Origin: Octopus vulgaris
Lineage: Eukaryota
Assembly: GCA_951406725.2 (NCBI GenBank)
Contig: OX597815.1
Span: 209,188,001-209,252,000 of the forward strand
Length of the DNA stretch: 64,000 bases
Direction: 5' to 3'
In this document: positions 12,508 through 26,010 of the stretch, one piece after another
Layout of the letters: each line of letters begins with the position of its first letter
Numbering within the stretch: the first letter of the stretch is position 1
Notes under the pieces: generated by a model
Database searches by the model: none
Told to the model about the DNA's origin: nothing
The model's input: only the letters and a program-made list of their open reading frames with translations
Translations under genes and position numbers: made by a program

Positions 12508-13148
12508 TTATGTATATATATATATAAAAGTATATATATTGTCATTCTACAGGAATGGATTGTTTGACTGAACCAGGTTTTGTTTAAGAACTTCATTATT
12601 ATATTGAACGAGTTCTCTCTTCTATCTCTGCTTAAAGTATCTTTACAGCTTTGCATCACTGGTTTTAACCGTAATTTGGAGTCATTTATTGAAAATAGGT
12701 GTCGCCTGAAACCCAATAAGTCAAAAAGCATTGTCATTCCATTAATTATTTAATTTCATTACCTTCTAATTACTTGGCTATGTTACTTCATAAACACTTT
12801 ATTATTCAGTCTATAATTGTAATGATATCAAACAAACTGCCTTTCATACATTCTTTCTCTTTACACACACACACACATACACACACGCATTCTTTCTATC
12901 TCTCTCTTTCTCTCCCCTGTTCTCTCTCTTATTCATTGTGCCAAACATTAAACTTCTCATTAACTGGTGCTAAAATTCTTTTGATGAGATTCTGTAGATC
13001 TTGCTCTTGTGGCATAATGGTGGGCAGTTTCCATGCTTCCTGTTGAATTCAGAAATTTTATTGTATATTTTGCTCTCGTAAAAAGTTGCTTCACTACTTG
13101 AAAATGTATCGCTTTAATTAAATTCTGTTTGCCAAACAGTCTAATTAA

Positions 13149-13340
13149 GGGGTGCTGAAAAATTCCTGGCTTTAAGGGTGTCATGAAAGGCCTGGTTGGA
13201 GGCCCAACATTCCAAGTTCTTTTACAGGGCTTAGTAAAACTGAAGGACCCCTGCAATAAGTGTGTGAATCTGAGAGGGGAATATGTTGAATAAAATCATA
13301 ATTAACTGATCCTCCAGTATTTTTTTTTACCCAAAGCCAG
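13149..13340 (+). mobile_element. Mariner-derived MITE (~190 bp)
   Basis: TIRs gggtgctgaaaaattcctggcttt / aaagccaggaacttttcggcattccc; internal transposase C-terminus NKCVNLRGEYVE*. Confidence 0.82.
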
Positions 13341-14187
13341 GAACTTTTCGGCATTCCCTCATAAAAACTCTTCTTCTTTGGTTGCATTCTTTCTTTCTTT
13401 TCTCTCTGTTTTGTTTTTCTTTTACTGCTGAAGACATTCCGTTCTTTACCATTTCCCTGATCAACTCCTCTTCTTAGATTTACCTATGGCACGCTTACAA
13501 TTAATCTAATAAAACATGTAATCCATGGATATTTTTTCTTTTCTGTAGCTATTCAGTATCTATTATTGAGCTACAATTTAGAATTTTAAATATCTGGAGT
13601 TTGTTTGGGAGTTTTGCAATTAGCAAATCAAAGTTTAGAATATTGAATTTTTTTCATTTGAAGATTTGTTGTTTTACTCTCAAGTCAACACTGATTGATC
13701 AGGCCTGTGACACTAAAATAAATTGAATGAACTCTGTGTGATCCACAAGTCTGCTGATCTACATATATCTATGTCTAGTAGATGATAATATTGTGAACTC
13801 TGACATAAAGTAGTTTATCATAGGAGATATATTATGGCAATCTGGACATGTTACTTTTTTTTCATTGTTTAATTGAAAATGTGAATACAATAATTCTTTT
13901 AACATCCTACTGAAAATTTTCTCAATCAGAAGTCCAGTTCTGTTATGGCTCTATGACTGAGCAAACAGAAATGAATGATAGAAGGGATTAGGGTTTTTTT
14001 TCCTTTGCCAGACAGTTCCTTTCTTCCTTCAAAATGAATGTAAATAAGGTGAGAATGATTTTTGTGATTTCATTCATTTCAAAACTTGCTCACCAATTCA
14101 GTCCTGTGCAGTTCTTGTATCATACAGGAAGTTAAGCACCATGTGTTCAAGCCCTGGTGATTCTGATTTTTAAAAATAATTTCCTGT

Positions 14188-14570
14188 CTTTTACTCACTT
14201 ATTTGTTTCAGTCATTTGACTGCGGCCATGCTGGAGCACCACCTTTAGTCGAATAGATCGACCCCAAGACTCATTCTTTGTAAGCCTAGTACTTATTCCA
14301 TCAGTCTCTTTTGCTGAACTGCTAAGTTATGGGGACGTAAGCACACCAGCATCAGTTGTGAAGTGATGATGTGGGGACAAACACAGACACACAAACATAC
14401 ATATATGTATATATAAATATATGTATATATGTATATATATATATACATATATATATACACACACACGACAAGCTTCTTTCAGTTTCTGTCTACCAAATCC
14501 ACTCACAAGGCTTTGGTCGGCCTAAGGCTATAGTAAAAGGACACTTGCCCAAGGTGGCACACTGTAGGAC
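14188..14570 (-). mobile_element. SINE family A
   Basis: Homology to family A. Confidence 0.88.
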
Positions 14571-15196
14571 ATTTATTTTTTTCTGATATCTAATGGAAGA
14601 AAGGTGTTCTTCTGTATTATAAGTATCTGTGTGTTTTATATTTCCATTTTTTTTTTGTGTCGCGTGTTTTGATGACTAATTTTGATTTCTAAAAAGAATT
14701 TACCACTTTCAAGAAATGCTAAGAACTTCATGAAAGGTTAACAAAAAATAAATATTTGTATTCCATGCATCTTTTTCCTTATTCCCTTATTTCAAATTCG
14801 ACTTTCTACTCCCTCCAAATATTATAAGGAAATTATTATCTCCCTTGTAATAACTGTTCTCACAGGTTTGAAAAAGTGTTTGCTAAGTATCTTGCTATTG
14901 CTGTCTGTTACTTGAATTCATTATTGTTGCATGGACATTGTTGCTGCTATTCATGCAGCTAGTTGTTTTGTATGGTTTTATTTTGCATCGTTTTTTACTG
15001 TTTGTCTGGTATTTTTTTTTATTCATTTTCTTGAGTTGTTTCTTCGTTAACTGTTTTGATGCCAAGTTTTATTTGTTTTGTGATCTACATACAGAGAGAT
15101 AATTCCTAGAATTTAAGAATCAATTTCACGTAATTTAATTTACATGCTTAGAGGAAAGTAGTCCTTAGTAGTGGACAAAGTGACAGCTGTATTTAA

Positions 15197-15417
15197 CCCT
15201 TTCATTACCAACCTGGCTGAAACCGGCTCTGGCTCTGTAATACAAATCTCTTGTTTTTATAAGTTTTGAATTAAAATCTTCCACCAAACCTCAGTCACAA
15301 TTTATGTTCCTAACATTAGATGAATGATAACTAAATTATTCAACCAAATTTTTTGTTGTATTTAAAGTAAATGAAATAAAAACAGATCATCACAAAATAA
15401 ATACAGTAACGAAAGGG
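15197..15417. mobile_element. piggyBac-type MITE
   Basis: TTAA|CCCTTTCATTAC ... GTAACGAAAGGG|TTAA. Confidence 0.82.
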
Positions 15418-15576
15418 TTAAATTGCTACTGGTCAGATGTCTTTGTAACTCTCTCCTCTTTTTGTATATGTAAAACCTCTGCTGAATGATCAGGTTAACC
15501 TCTGGTAAGGTCAATTAATACAGAAACATATACTTAGCAGCACATAAATTTCATAAGAAAGTTCAAGTTTTTTCCC

Positions 15577-15743
15577 CAGGAGTGGCTGTGTGGTAAGTAG
15601 CTTGCTAACGAACCACATGGTTCCGGGTTCAGTCCCACTGCGTGGCATCTTAAGCAGGTGTCTTCTGCTATAGCCCCGGGCCGACCAAAGCCTTGTGAAT
15701 GGATTTGGTAGACGGAAACTGAAAGAAGCCTGTCGTATATATG

Positions 15744-15774
<31 letters not shown>

Positions 15775-15995
15775 ATGTTTGTGTGTCTGTGTTTGTCCCC
15801 CTAGCATTGCTTGACAACCGATACTGGTGTGTTTACGTCCCCGTCACTTTGCGGTTCGGCAAAAGAGACTGATAGAATAAGTACTGGGCTTACAAAGAAT
15901 AAGTCCCGGGGTCGATTTGCTCGACTAAAGGCGCTGCTCCAGCATGGCCGCAGTCAAATGACTGAAATAAGTAAAAGAGTAAGAAGAGTAAAAGA
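15577..15995 (+). mobile_element. SINE family A
   Basis: Homology to family A. Confidence 0.92.
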
Positions 15996-16333
15996 TTAAA
16001 TGCATAAATTGATTTATTTTAAAATTCATTCTTAATTTCTAAAAACTGTCTCTTTTTTTTCTTTTTTTTTTTTGAGTACCTCTAAGAAGTTCCATTTTTT
16101 TTTCTCAAACTAAACTTGAGTTTCAAATGGCTGAGAAATTTTTTGATATGTCACTCAGTACATCAGCCCAAACCTGATATCCCCACACATACACAAATAC
16201 ACACATCCACAAATATGTGTGCAGATACATAGACTTACCTACTCTCTAACCCACTTACTGTTCTGTTGAATTTATTTCATCAATTTACATTTTATTTTTA
16301 ATGTTTATTTATTTATTTATTTCCATATATCAG

Positions 16334-16597
16334 GATCCAGATCAAAGAGAAAAAGAAAGAAGAAAGAAAAGACGAGAGGAAATGAAAAAAAGAAAAGAGG
16401 CTTTCCTCTCACGTTCTAACAGGTTTCCTAAAGAGAAGGCTGCAGCATCAACAGCAGGACAAACAACAAGAGAGAGCAACAAAAAGACTGTGAAAGCAGA
16501 GCAAAGCCCCTCGAAACAAACTCAGAAGCCATTGACTAAAACCCTGCATCAGAAACAAACGAAGACTTCAAAAGGCAAGAAAAAGAAGAACATTTAA
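16334..16597 (+). CDS. Probable terminal coding exon of a host gene; basic K/R/E-rich C-terminal tail, product unknown
   Basis: T-rich tract and CAG acceptor ending 16333; open frame DPDQREKERRKKRREEMKKRKEAFLSRSNRFPKEK...KKKKNI*; purine-rich non-repeat sequence; AATAAA 70 nt after the stop. Upstream exons not identified. Confidence 0.55.
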   Translation, partial: DPDQREKERRKKRREEMKKRKEAFLSRSNRFPKEKAAASTAGQTTRESNKKTVKAEQSPSKQTQKPLTKTLHQKQTKTSKGKKKKNI

Positions 16598-16665
16598 AAA
16601 TCACAAAAGAATCCCTGTACATGGTGTGTGAAAAGGAGAGTCAAAGAGTTAGTCATATTTCATAA

Positions 16666-16718
16666 AATAAATATCTACATACATAAATGATTGTGTTATT
16701 GTTTTCATTGTTGCTGTT
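16666..16718 (+). terminator. Candidate polyadenylation signal with downstream GT-rich element
   Basis: AATAAA at 16666-16671, then ttgtgttattgttttcattgttg. Confidence 0.4.
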
Positions 16719-17404
16719 AAAGTGGTGAGGATTTTTCCTGTCTTTTTAACACGAACATGTTTTTTTATTTTATTTTATTTTATTTTGTTTTATTTTTTAT
16801 TTTTATTTTATTTAAAAAAATTTTTTTTTTAAATTTTATTTTCGGCGAAAATTTTCGAAATATTTTTGGAATGCTTAGTAGCACAAGACTATTGCTTATT
16901 TGTATGCAGGTTTATACTCACACATACACTAGCATTCTATATGTGTGTGTGTGTGTCTATTAAAATGAAATAATTATTTTAGAGCAAGTTTCAGAGTGAC
17001 AACAGAATATTTACTGACTCCATATTGAAAGTAGAGTCAATTTGTGAAGATCGTTTAACTTTTCGGTTCAATATTCTATTTTGTATCTTTTTTTCCTTCT
17101 TTTTTGTGTAAAGTCACTAGTAATTCAAATTTTATGTAGCACATTAACTTACAGTTCATTATTCTTTTTGCCCCAACTTTTTTAAATCTCCCTATTTTAA
17201 AATTACTGTATACTATTAAGAACATTTAAAATGCCTGGCATGGGCATATTTTGTAATTCCACGATCATCGCTGGTCACAGAAAGTGCCTTATTCACCTGA
17301 ATCTTAATGTGTGTATGTGTGCGTGCGTATGTAATTATGTATAAATGTAACTTCGTATGTGTATGTATGTATGTATGTATGTATATATATATGTATATAT
17401 ATAC

Positions 17405-17735
17405 GTGGCTGTGTGGTGAGACGTTTGCTTCACAGCCACCTGGTTCCAGGTTTAGCCTCACTGTGTGGCAACTTGGGCAGGTGTCTTCTATTATAACCTC
17501 GGGCCAACCAAACCTTTGTGAGTGGATTTGGTAGACGGAAACCGAAAGAAGCCTGTAGAATATATATATATGTGTGTGTGTTTGTGTGTGTGTACTATAT
17601 GTATGACAACCAGTATTGGTGTGTTTACATCACCGTAACCTAGAGGTTCGGCAAAATATACTGATAGAATGATTACTAGAATAAATTCTTCAAGACGGTG
17701 CTCCAGCATGGCCGCAGTAATGTCACTGAAAGGAA
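17405..17735 (+). mobile_element. Diverged SINE family A
   Basis: Homology to family A. Confidence 0.8.
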
Positions 17736-17975
17736 GAAAATTGTAAAATAAGAAGAGCACTCAGAGAACGCAAACCTCCGCCAAGGCAACACCAACGTCC
17801 TGATTTCTTTATTTGGCACTACGGCCATAATATAGAGGTGACACTACAAGGACACACAAAACAATACAGTGGGGTACAGAAAACAGCGGATGAAAGGATG
17901 AATAAATGATAAATGAGATGAAATGACTTACCTCCCCTCCCCTACAAGCAGGAAGTTCTATTTTACTGTTTATGT

Positions 17976-18142
17976 AGATCGTTTAACTTTTCGGTTCAAT
18001 ATTCTATTTTGTATCTTTTTTTCCTTTTTTTTGTCTAAAGTCACTAGTAATTCAAATTTTATGTATCGCATTAACTTACAGTTCATTATTCTTTTTTCCC
18101 AACATTTTTAAATATCTCTATTTTAAAATTACTGTATACTAT
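17976..18142 (+). repeat. Local direct duplicate of 17048-17216
   Basis: agatcgtttaacttttcggttcaatattc...aaaattactgtatactat is nearly identical in both copies. Confidence 0.92.
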
Positions 18143-18254
18143 GTGTGTGTACACATACACACACATATATATACATATATACGACAGGCTTCTTTCAGTT
18201 TCCGTCTACCAAATCCACTCACAAGGCATTGGTCGGCCAGGGGCTATAGCAGAG

Positions 18255-20449
18255 GATTTTCGGCAAACATTTTCCAAAAATTTTCAAAGAATTTTTGTGT
18301 AAAATTTTCAGTGAAAATTTTAGTAAAATTTTCACAAAAAATTTTCGAAGAATTTTTGGTTAAAACTTTCGTTGAAAATTTTAGAAACATTTTTGGGTAA
18401 AATTTTCGGGTAAAATTTTCGAAAAATTTTTGGTGAAAATTTAAAAAAAATTTTTGTGTAAAATTTTCAGTGAAAATTTTCAGAAAATTTTTGGTTAAAA
18501 TTTTCGGTGAAAATTTTCGAAGAAATTTTGGGTAAAATTTTCGAAAGATTTTTGGGTAAAACTTTCGGTAAAAATTTTCGAAAACTTTTTGGGTAAAATT
18601 TTCGGTGGAAATTTCCAAAAATTTTTGCTGAAAATTTAAAAAAATTTTCGTGAAAATTTTCAGTGAAAATATTCGGAAAATTTTTGGTTAAAATTTTCCG
18701 TGAAAATTTTCGAAATATTTTTAGGTAAAACTTTCGGTAAAAATTTTCGAAAATTTTTGGGTAAAATTTTCGAAGAATTTTTGGGTAAAATTTTCGAAAA
18801 ATTTTTGGGGAAAATTTTCGAAACATTTTTGAGTAAAACTTTCGGTAAAAATTTAAAAAAATTTTTTGTGTAAAATTTTCAGAAAATTTTTGGTTAAAAT
18901 TTTCGAAGAATTTTTGGTGAAAATTTTAAAAAAATTTTTGTGTAAAATTTTCAGAAAATTTTTGGTTAAAATTTTCGGTGAAAATTTTCGAAGAAATTTT
19001 CGGTAAAATTTTGGAAAATTTTTGGTGAAAATTTTCGGTGAAAATTTTCGAAAAATTTTCGGTAAAATTTTCGGGTGAAAAAAAATTTTCGAAAAATTTT
19101 TGGGTAAAATTTTCGGGTAAAATTTTCGGGTAAAATTTTCGAAAAATTTTTGCGGAAAATTTTCGAAACATTTTTGAGTAAAACTTTTCGGTGAAAATTT
19201 AAAAAAATTTTTTTGTGTAAAATTTTCAGAAAATTTTTGGTTAAAATTTTCGAAGAATTTTTGGGTAAAACTTTCGGTAAAAATTTTCGAAAAATTTTTG
19301 GGTAAAATTTTTGGGTGAATATTTTTGAAAAATTTTTGGGAAAATTTTTGGCAAAAATTTTTGGTGAAAATTTTCAAAAAATTTTTGTGTAAAATTTTCA
19401 GTGAAAATTTTCGGAAAATTTTCACAAAAAATTTTCGAAGAATTTTTGGTTAAAACTTTTTGGTAAGACTTTTGGTGAAAAATTGTTATTTTATTAAAAT
19501 TTTTTTTTATTTTATTTTTTATTTTATTTTGTTTTATTTTATTTTTTGTTATATTTTTTATTTTATCTTAGTTTTTTATTTTGTTTTTTGTTTTATTTTT
19601 TATTTTATTTTTTGTTTTATTTTACTTTTTGTTACTTATTTTTGTTTTTGTTTTTTTTTATTTTTTAATATTTAAAAAAAAAATTTTTTTTTATTTTTTT
19701 TTTTTTATTTATTTTTTTTTTTTTTATTTTATTTTTTGTTTTTTTTATTATTTCATTTTTGTTTTTTGTATTCATTTTTTTTATTTTATTTTTTGTTTTT
19801 ATTTTTAATTATTTTTTATTTTATTTTTTTGTTTTATTTTACTTTTTGTTTTTTTTGTTATTTATTTATTTGTTTTTTTAATTTTATTTTTTGTTTTTTG
19901 TATTATTTTATTTTTTGTTTAATTTTATTTTTTTATTTCATTTTCATTTTTTTGTTTTTTTATTTTTTTTTTGTTTTATTTTTTTTTTATATATTTTATT
20001 TTATTGTATTCTTTGTTTTATTTTTTATTTTATTTATTTTTTTTTTCCCATTATTTTATTTTATTTTTTATTTTATTTTATTTTTCAAGATGCATTTTTG
20101 GGTAAAATTTTCGTGAAAATTTTCGAAAAATTTTTTGGTAAAATTTTCGAAACATTTTTGGGTAAAATTTTTGGTGAAAAGTTTCGAAAAATTTTTGGGG
20201 AAAATTTAAAAAAAATTTTTGTCTAAAATTTTTAGTGAAAATTTTTGGGTAAAATTTTCGGTGAAAATTTCCGAAATATTTTTGGGTAAAATTTTCGATG
20301 AAAATTTCCTAAAAATTTTTGGGTAAAAATTTAGAAAAATTTTCAGGGAAAATTTTCGGTGAAAACTTTCAAAAAATTTTTGGGTGAAATTTTCGGTGAT
20401 AATTTTCGAAAAAGTTTTGGATAAAATTTTCAGCAAAAATTTTCACGAA
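18255..20449. repeat. Degenerate A4-5T4-5 satellite-like array with central T-rich block (about 19485-20087)
   Basis: Recurrent aaaattttcg / aaaatttttgggt units of about 10-14 bp. Confidence 0.92.
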
Positions 20450-20580
20450 AGAGAGCAACAAACAGACTGAAAGCAGAGCAAAGCTCCTCGAAAGCTCCTC
20501 AGAAACCATTGACTAAAACACTGCATCAGAAACAAACGAAGACTTCAAAAGGCAACAAAAAGAAGAACATTTAAAAATCA
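20450..20580 (+). pseudogene. Partial duplicate of exon segment 16471-16603
   Basis: Near-identical with small indels; no acceptor, joined directly to the array. Confidence 0.85.
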
Positions 20581-21452
20581 ACTAAAACTATACTGAAAGT
20601 AGAGTCAATTTGTGAAGATGAAGTTGACTTGGACTTCGAGTTCCACCTGAAAGTTTTTTGTTGTGGCATTGTCTCATCCCTGCTGCCATATAAACTTGGG
20701 GCTGAACCAAGCTATGTGGAACAGAGTATTGTGAAAGACTACCACTCTAGGATGTATATAATTCCTTGATCAAGGATACTGCATAATCCCAGTATTGGGA
20801 TCAAGAGTCTAGTTGCATAACAACTCCACCAAGCACTTCATCTGATAATTTGAAAGTGGTGATGATAGTTAACAACATCAAATTTACAGCAGAGAAGTAA
20901 TTTTCTCTCATATGCAAAAAAGGAGTAAGAAGGAATTTAATGCTAAGTACTTAATACAAATAATGGTTTTGAATTTTGGCATGAGCTGCAGTTTTAGTGG
21001 AAGGAGGTAGTCAGTTACATAAACCCCAGTTGCTTGCCTGGGGGTTCAGCAAAATTGACCTTGGTGGAATCAGAAGATAAAGAGCTGGAAGAAATGTTGC
21101 TAACCATTTTCCTTCACCTGCTAACAATTCTACCTGCTGATCACCTTAATTATTACAAATAATGTGTACACAAAAGATGATGTCAAGTCTTCAGAAAAGT
21201 AGATTGGGAAAATTTTAGGTTTGCATAAGTTAACCTTAAATTGAAGTTAAAGGACTGTTTAAATGTCTGGATGCAAGTAGTTTTTATACTTATGTGACGT
21301 GATGTTAAAGCTGGAGTTACCGACTTTGAGGAAGTGGATGTTATTGAAAGATGTTTATTGGACTGATGCTTCTGTTGGAAACAAAGTGCAGTGGAAGACG
21401 GTCTGTATAAAGACAGGTAAGAAGTATTTTGGTTAAACAGTGCAAAACTTGA

Positions 21453-21830
21453 CATCATCATCATTTAAATTCTGCTTTCCATGCTAGCATGGGTTGGATG
21501 ATTTGACTGAGGTCTGGCGAACCAGACTCCAATCTGATCTGGCTGGATGCCCTTCCTAATGCCCACCACTCCGAGAGTGTAGTGGGTGCTTTTACGTGCC
21601 ACTAGCACGAGGGCCAGTCAGGTGGTACTGGCAACAGCCACGCTCAAATGGTGCTTTTTATGTGTCACCTGCACAGGAGCCAGTCCAGCAGCACTGGCAA
21701 CGATCTCACTCGAATGTTTTTTTCACGTGCCACCAGCACAAGTGTTAGTAAGGCGACGCGGTAATGATCACGCTCGAATGGTGTTTTTAGCATACCATCG
21801 GCACGAAGGCCAGCTTGTTGCTTTGGCAAT
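21453..21830 (-). mobile_element. RTE 3' UTR (family C)
   Basis: (CAT)n tail and family motifs. Confidence 0.8.
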
Positions 21831-22039
21831 GTAAATAATCTACAATGAAAGAAGAAAAACAAATCAAGTATTATTCATTGTGTGTAGCTTTAGGGTTTAG
21901 GCAAAGAAAAATTGAGTTGTAAAAGTGACTTTTATCAAAACCATTGGAAGTTTGTTACAAAAGAAACATCATTGTAGGAGAAGAGGTATGTTGGGGGAAC
22001 TGAAAATATTATGAAACTGTAACTAAAGATAAAAGAAAT

Positions 22040-22360
22040 ATCATCATCATCTTCATCATCATTTAACGTCTGTTTTCCATGCTAGCATGGGTTGGACAGT
22101 TCAACCGGGGTCTGGGAAGCCAGGAGGCTGCGCTAGGCTCCAGTCTGATCTGGCAGTTTTTCTACAGCTGGATGCCCTTCGTAATGCCAACCTCTCCATG
22201 AATGTAGTGGGTGCTTTTTACGTGCCACTGGCACAGAGGCCAGAGGAGGCTGGCAACGTCCACGATCGGTTGGTGCTTCTTATGTAGCATCGGCCACGTT
22301 CGGATGGTGTTTTTTTACATGCCACCGGCACAGGTATCACAACTACAATTTCCATTTGAT
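22040..22360 (-). mobile_element. RTE 3' UTR (family C)
   Basis: (CAT)n tail and family motifs. Confidence 0.8.
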
Positions 22361-23819
22361 TTTATTTTATACTTGCAAAATAAAGGCAGATTGGAGAAGA
22401 TTGTTTCTGTCCCTCAGACTACCTGATAACATGAGCGAAACTCAAATGTTTGATTTATAGATACAGTCAACCCATTCTAACAAGGAGAGAAATTAGATGT
22501 AAAAATCAATACAGATAATTTTGATGATACCTTCAGGCATGTCTTTTCACAACTACATCACTATATATAGATTTATTTTAATGCCGGCGTTTGTTTCTGT
22601 ACACATATGCTTGTTTGCAGTTGTATTAATGTAAATATGCTAACTAGTATTCCTGAAACTGTATCTGAGTCATCATAAAAATAAACAGGATGTGTATATA
22701 CACATATATATATATATATATATACACATACATACATACACGCACACACATGTTGATGCATGTATGTATGACTGAATACTATAGCAACATAAGAAAGAGC
22801 ATCATGTGAGCTGTTTGAAATCCTGTTACTAAGGTCTAAGGAGACAAACTGATCCAATATTATTACAAGAGTGTGTTGTGCAGCAAAATAAAAAAAAAAA
22901 AGAACTTAAAAAAAAACACGAAACAAAAAAATATACGCTAATATAATAGTGTGACAAGTGTATTATTGTTACTGAAAATGAAAGTATCTTAATAGATATA
23001 GTTTGTGTCTTTTTTCATCTTTTCTTCATAATTCTATATTCTTGTTCTACCATGAACAATAACAATATGTATCTATACACATTTTCTCTTACACATCACA
23101 TCTTATATACTGAACAATCTAACATGCTTAGATTTGTGTCTTTCTCATGGGGCAGATTTCCCTATGGGTATGCTGACTAAATAACTTAGCTGTGATGGAT
23201 ATAATATGCTATAGGAATCCCAAATTATTTCATTTTCTCTTGCTTAAAAAGTTCAATTCTAACTGAAGGACATGTAAGGGGCGTTGGTTACATTGTTTTA
23301 TTTTATTAGCATTGACAATGAAATAACATTCAACACACAACAACACAACCAGCCATCAAATAAAACCATTCCTGCCAAGGAAGAATAAACAAAATATTAA
23401 AAATATATATATATAACAGTTAAGCAAGAAACAAAATATAAAAGAATATGAGAAGTAAAGTATAAAACAAAAATAGTTTGGAATATGCTGCTGTCATTTT
23501 ATTCGCTGTCTTTGATGCGCAAGGGTCTGGCGCCGGTTAATATAATGGCTTAGGAATGACAACTGCTATTAAGGTTCTAGAATTTTATTTCAAAATATGA
23601 TTGAATCTCCTTAGGTAACTAAATTGAAGAAATATTATTATAGAGATGTTGCTTAGAAAAAAATATCTTAGAAAAAAAAAATCTATTTGTATATTTACAT
23701 TACTCATTGCAGCCTATCCTCTTCTATCATGCGTATGTACGAGTATCTGCACGTGCATGTGTGTGTGTGTGTATGTAAATACAGATATATATATATATAT
23801 ACATACATACATGCATATG

Positions 23820-24027
23820 CAGGGGTGTTGAAAAGTTCCTGGCTTTAGGTAAAAGAAAATACAAGAGGATCAGTTAATTATGATTTTATCCAACATATTC
23901 CCCCTTCAGAATCATACACTTATTGCAGCAGTCCCTTGGTTTTTCTAATCCCTGTAAAAGAATTTGGAAGGTTAGGCCTCCATCCAAGCCTTCCATGATA
24001 CCCTTAAAGCCAGGAATTTCTCAGCAA
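23820..24027 (-). mobile_element. Mariner-derived MITE, same family as 13149-13340
   Basis: Same TIRs; internal sequence in opposite orientation. Confidence 0.8.
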
Positions 24028-24667
24028 TATAAATGCATCATTCAAACATGCACACAATATGATTGCATGCACCTATGTATATATATATATATATATGTTA
24101 AATTTCAGTTTTCCCATCCTGCAAGTACTGTTATTATCAACACATTCCTAATATATAAATGGAAATGGTATATATTTTCAATAGGGTAGGCAGAGGCAAA
24201 AATGCATTATTCATTAAAATATACATACATGCATGCATACACACAATCATATTTCAACTCTTTTGTTACTAACCTACCCAAAATTTTCATGCTTCTAAAT
24301 TACCATCTGCCTGTTATTACCTATTCATATTTAAATGAGAATATTGATATAAATCTCATTATTATGTAAGTGATGATACATGATTTCACAAGATAAATCC
24401 ATGCTGCACCATAGTCCAATATTTTCATAACATGAAATTTGTGTTCTTCAAATTTTGAGAGAAATTCTCTTTTTATTTTCTTCTCCATTAGAATAATCTT
24501 TTCTATAACTTTTTACATTTGGAAAATAATATAAAAATGGATATCAAATTTACATGTAATATCAGTGACTCCCAGTTTAAAGGAATTTCAAAAGAAGAAT
24601 CAGTGGATGTAGAATAAAGTATTTCAGTGGTAGCAAATCTAAGATCAATATTGAAAGCAGGAATAAA

Positions 24668-25310
24668 GTGACAAGCTGGCAGAACCATTAACATGCTGGA
24701 CAAAATGCTTGGTGGCATTTTCACTGTCTTTACGTTCTGAGTTCAAATCTTGCCAAAGTTGATTTTTGCCTTTCATCATTTAGGGGGTGATAAAATAAGT
24801 GCACTGGGGTCGATGTAATTGACTAGTCCTACTCACCCAAAATTTCAGGTCTTGTCCATTTAGTAGAAAGGAACATTAATTCTGGTTCTTTAAGGCAGTG
24901 AGCTGGCAGAATCGTAAGCATGCCGGGCGAAATGCTTAGTGATGTTTCATCTGCCAGTATGTTCTGAGTTCAAATCCCGCCAAGGTCAACTTTGCCTTTC
25001 ATCCTTTCGGGGTCGATTAAATAAGTACCAGTTACGCACTGGGATCAATATAATCGACTTAATCCCTTTGCCCTTGTTTGTCCCTTCTGTGTTTAGCCCC
25101 TTGTGGGCAATAAAAAAGTAAGAATCATTAGTATGCTTAGTGGCATTTTGTCTGTCTGTATGTATTGGGTTCAAATTCTGTTTCAGGTCCACTTTGACTT
25201 TCTTCTTTCCGGGGTCAATGAAATAAGTACCAATTGAACACCGGGGTCAATGTAATTGACCTGCCTACTTCCCTGAAACTGCTGGCCCTGTGCCAAAATT
25301 TGAAACCAAT
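24668..25310 (+). mobile_element. Three tandem SINE family B copies
   Basis: Starts near 24668, 24892 and 25120. Confidence 0.82.
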
Positions 25311-25629
25311 ATTGAAAGTAAGAATGAATTCATCCTAGAAATGCAATAGAGTGGAAGTTTTTTAAATACTTCTCTTCGAAACGTTTTTGAAGAAACTGGA
25401 CTCAATCATAAGCCTTTCTGATAACTCAAAAATCAATCAATTAATTCCTTTTGCTTTATTTTATTTTCAAATGTTGTTGATAACAGAACATATAAACAAA
25501 AGAGAAAGAAAGATAGACTATTGTTTCATATATACCTGGAGGAAATATAGTCTCTCTTCTCTGTCATGCATAGCAGGTTCACTGTTTGAGATAAGTGAAA
25601 TGCAAAATTAAAAAGTGGTGAATTACCTA

Positions 25630-26010
25630 GCATTTGTTTTAGTCATTGGACTGCAGCCATGCTGAAGCACTATCTTGATGGGTTTAGTCAAACAAATCAA
25701 CCCCAGTACCATTTCTTTAAGCCTAGTACTTATTCTGTTGGTCTCTCTTTACTGAACGTCTAAGTTATGGGGGTGTAAACAAACCAACAACGGTTGTCAA
25801 ACAGTGGTGGGGACAAACATGACTGCAAAGACCCACACATAGATATACATATTTGATGGGCTTCTATCAGTTTCCAAATACTATATCCATTCGCTAGGCT
25901 TTAATAGGCCCAGGGCTGTAAGTAAAAGACACTTGCCCAAGGTGACACAATGAGATTGAACCTGGAGTCATGTGGTTGAGAAACAAATTTCTTAGCATGC
26001 AACCATGCCT
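25630..26010 (-). mobile_element. Diverged SINE family A
   Basis: Homology to family A. Confidence 0.78.

Noticed and set aside
18244-20436. Long F/K/N-rich ORFs, or a CRISPR-like reading of the array
   Set aside because: Low-complexity by-product; no constant repeat with unique spacers and no cas genes.
21290-21421. Possible exon ending at CAG|GTAAG
   Set aside because: Good donor but no convincing acceptor or recognisable peptide.
25345-25390. Hairpin followed by cgaaacg
   Set aside because: No upstream CUGANGA, so not a hammerhead.
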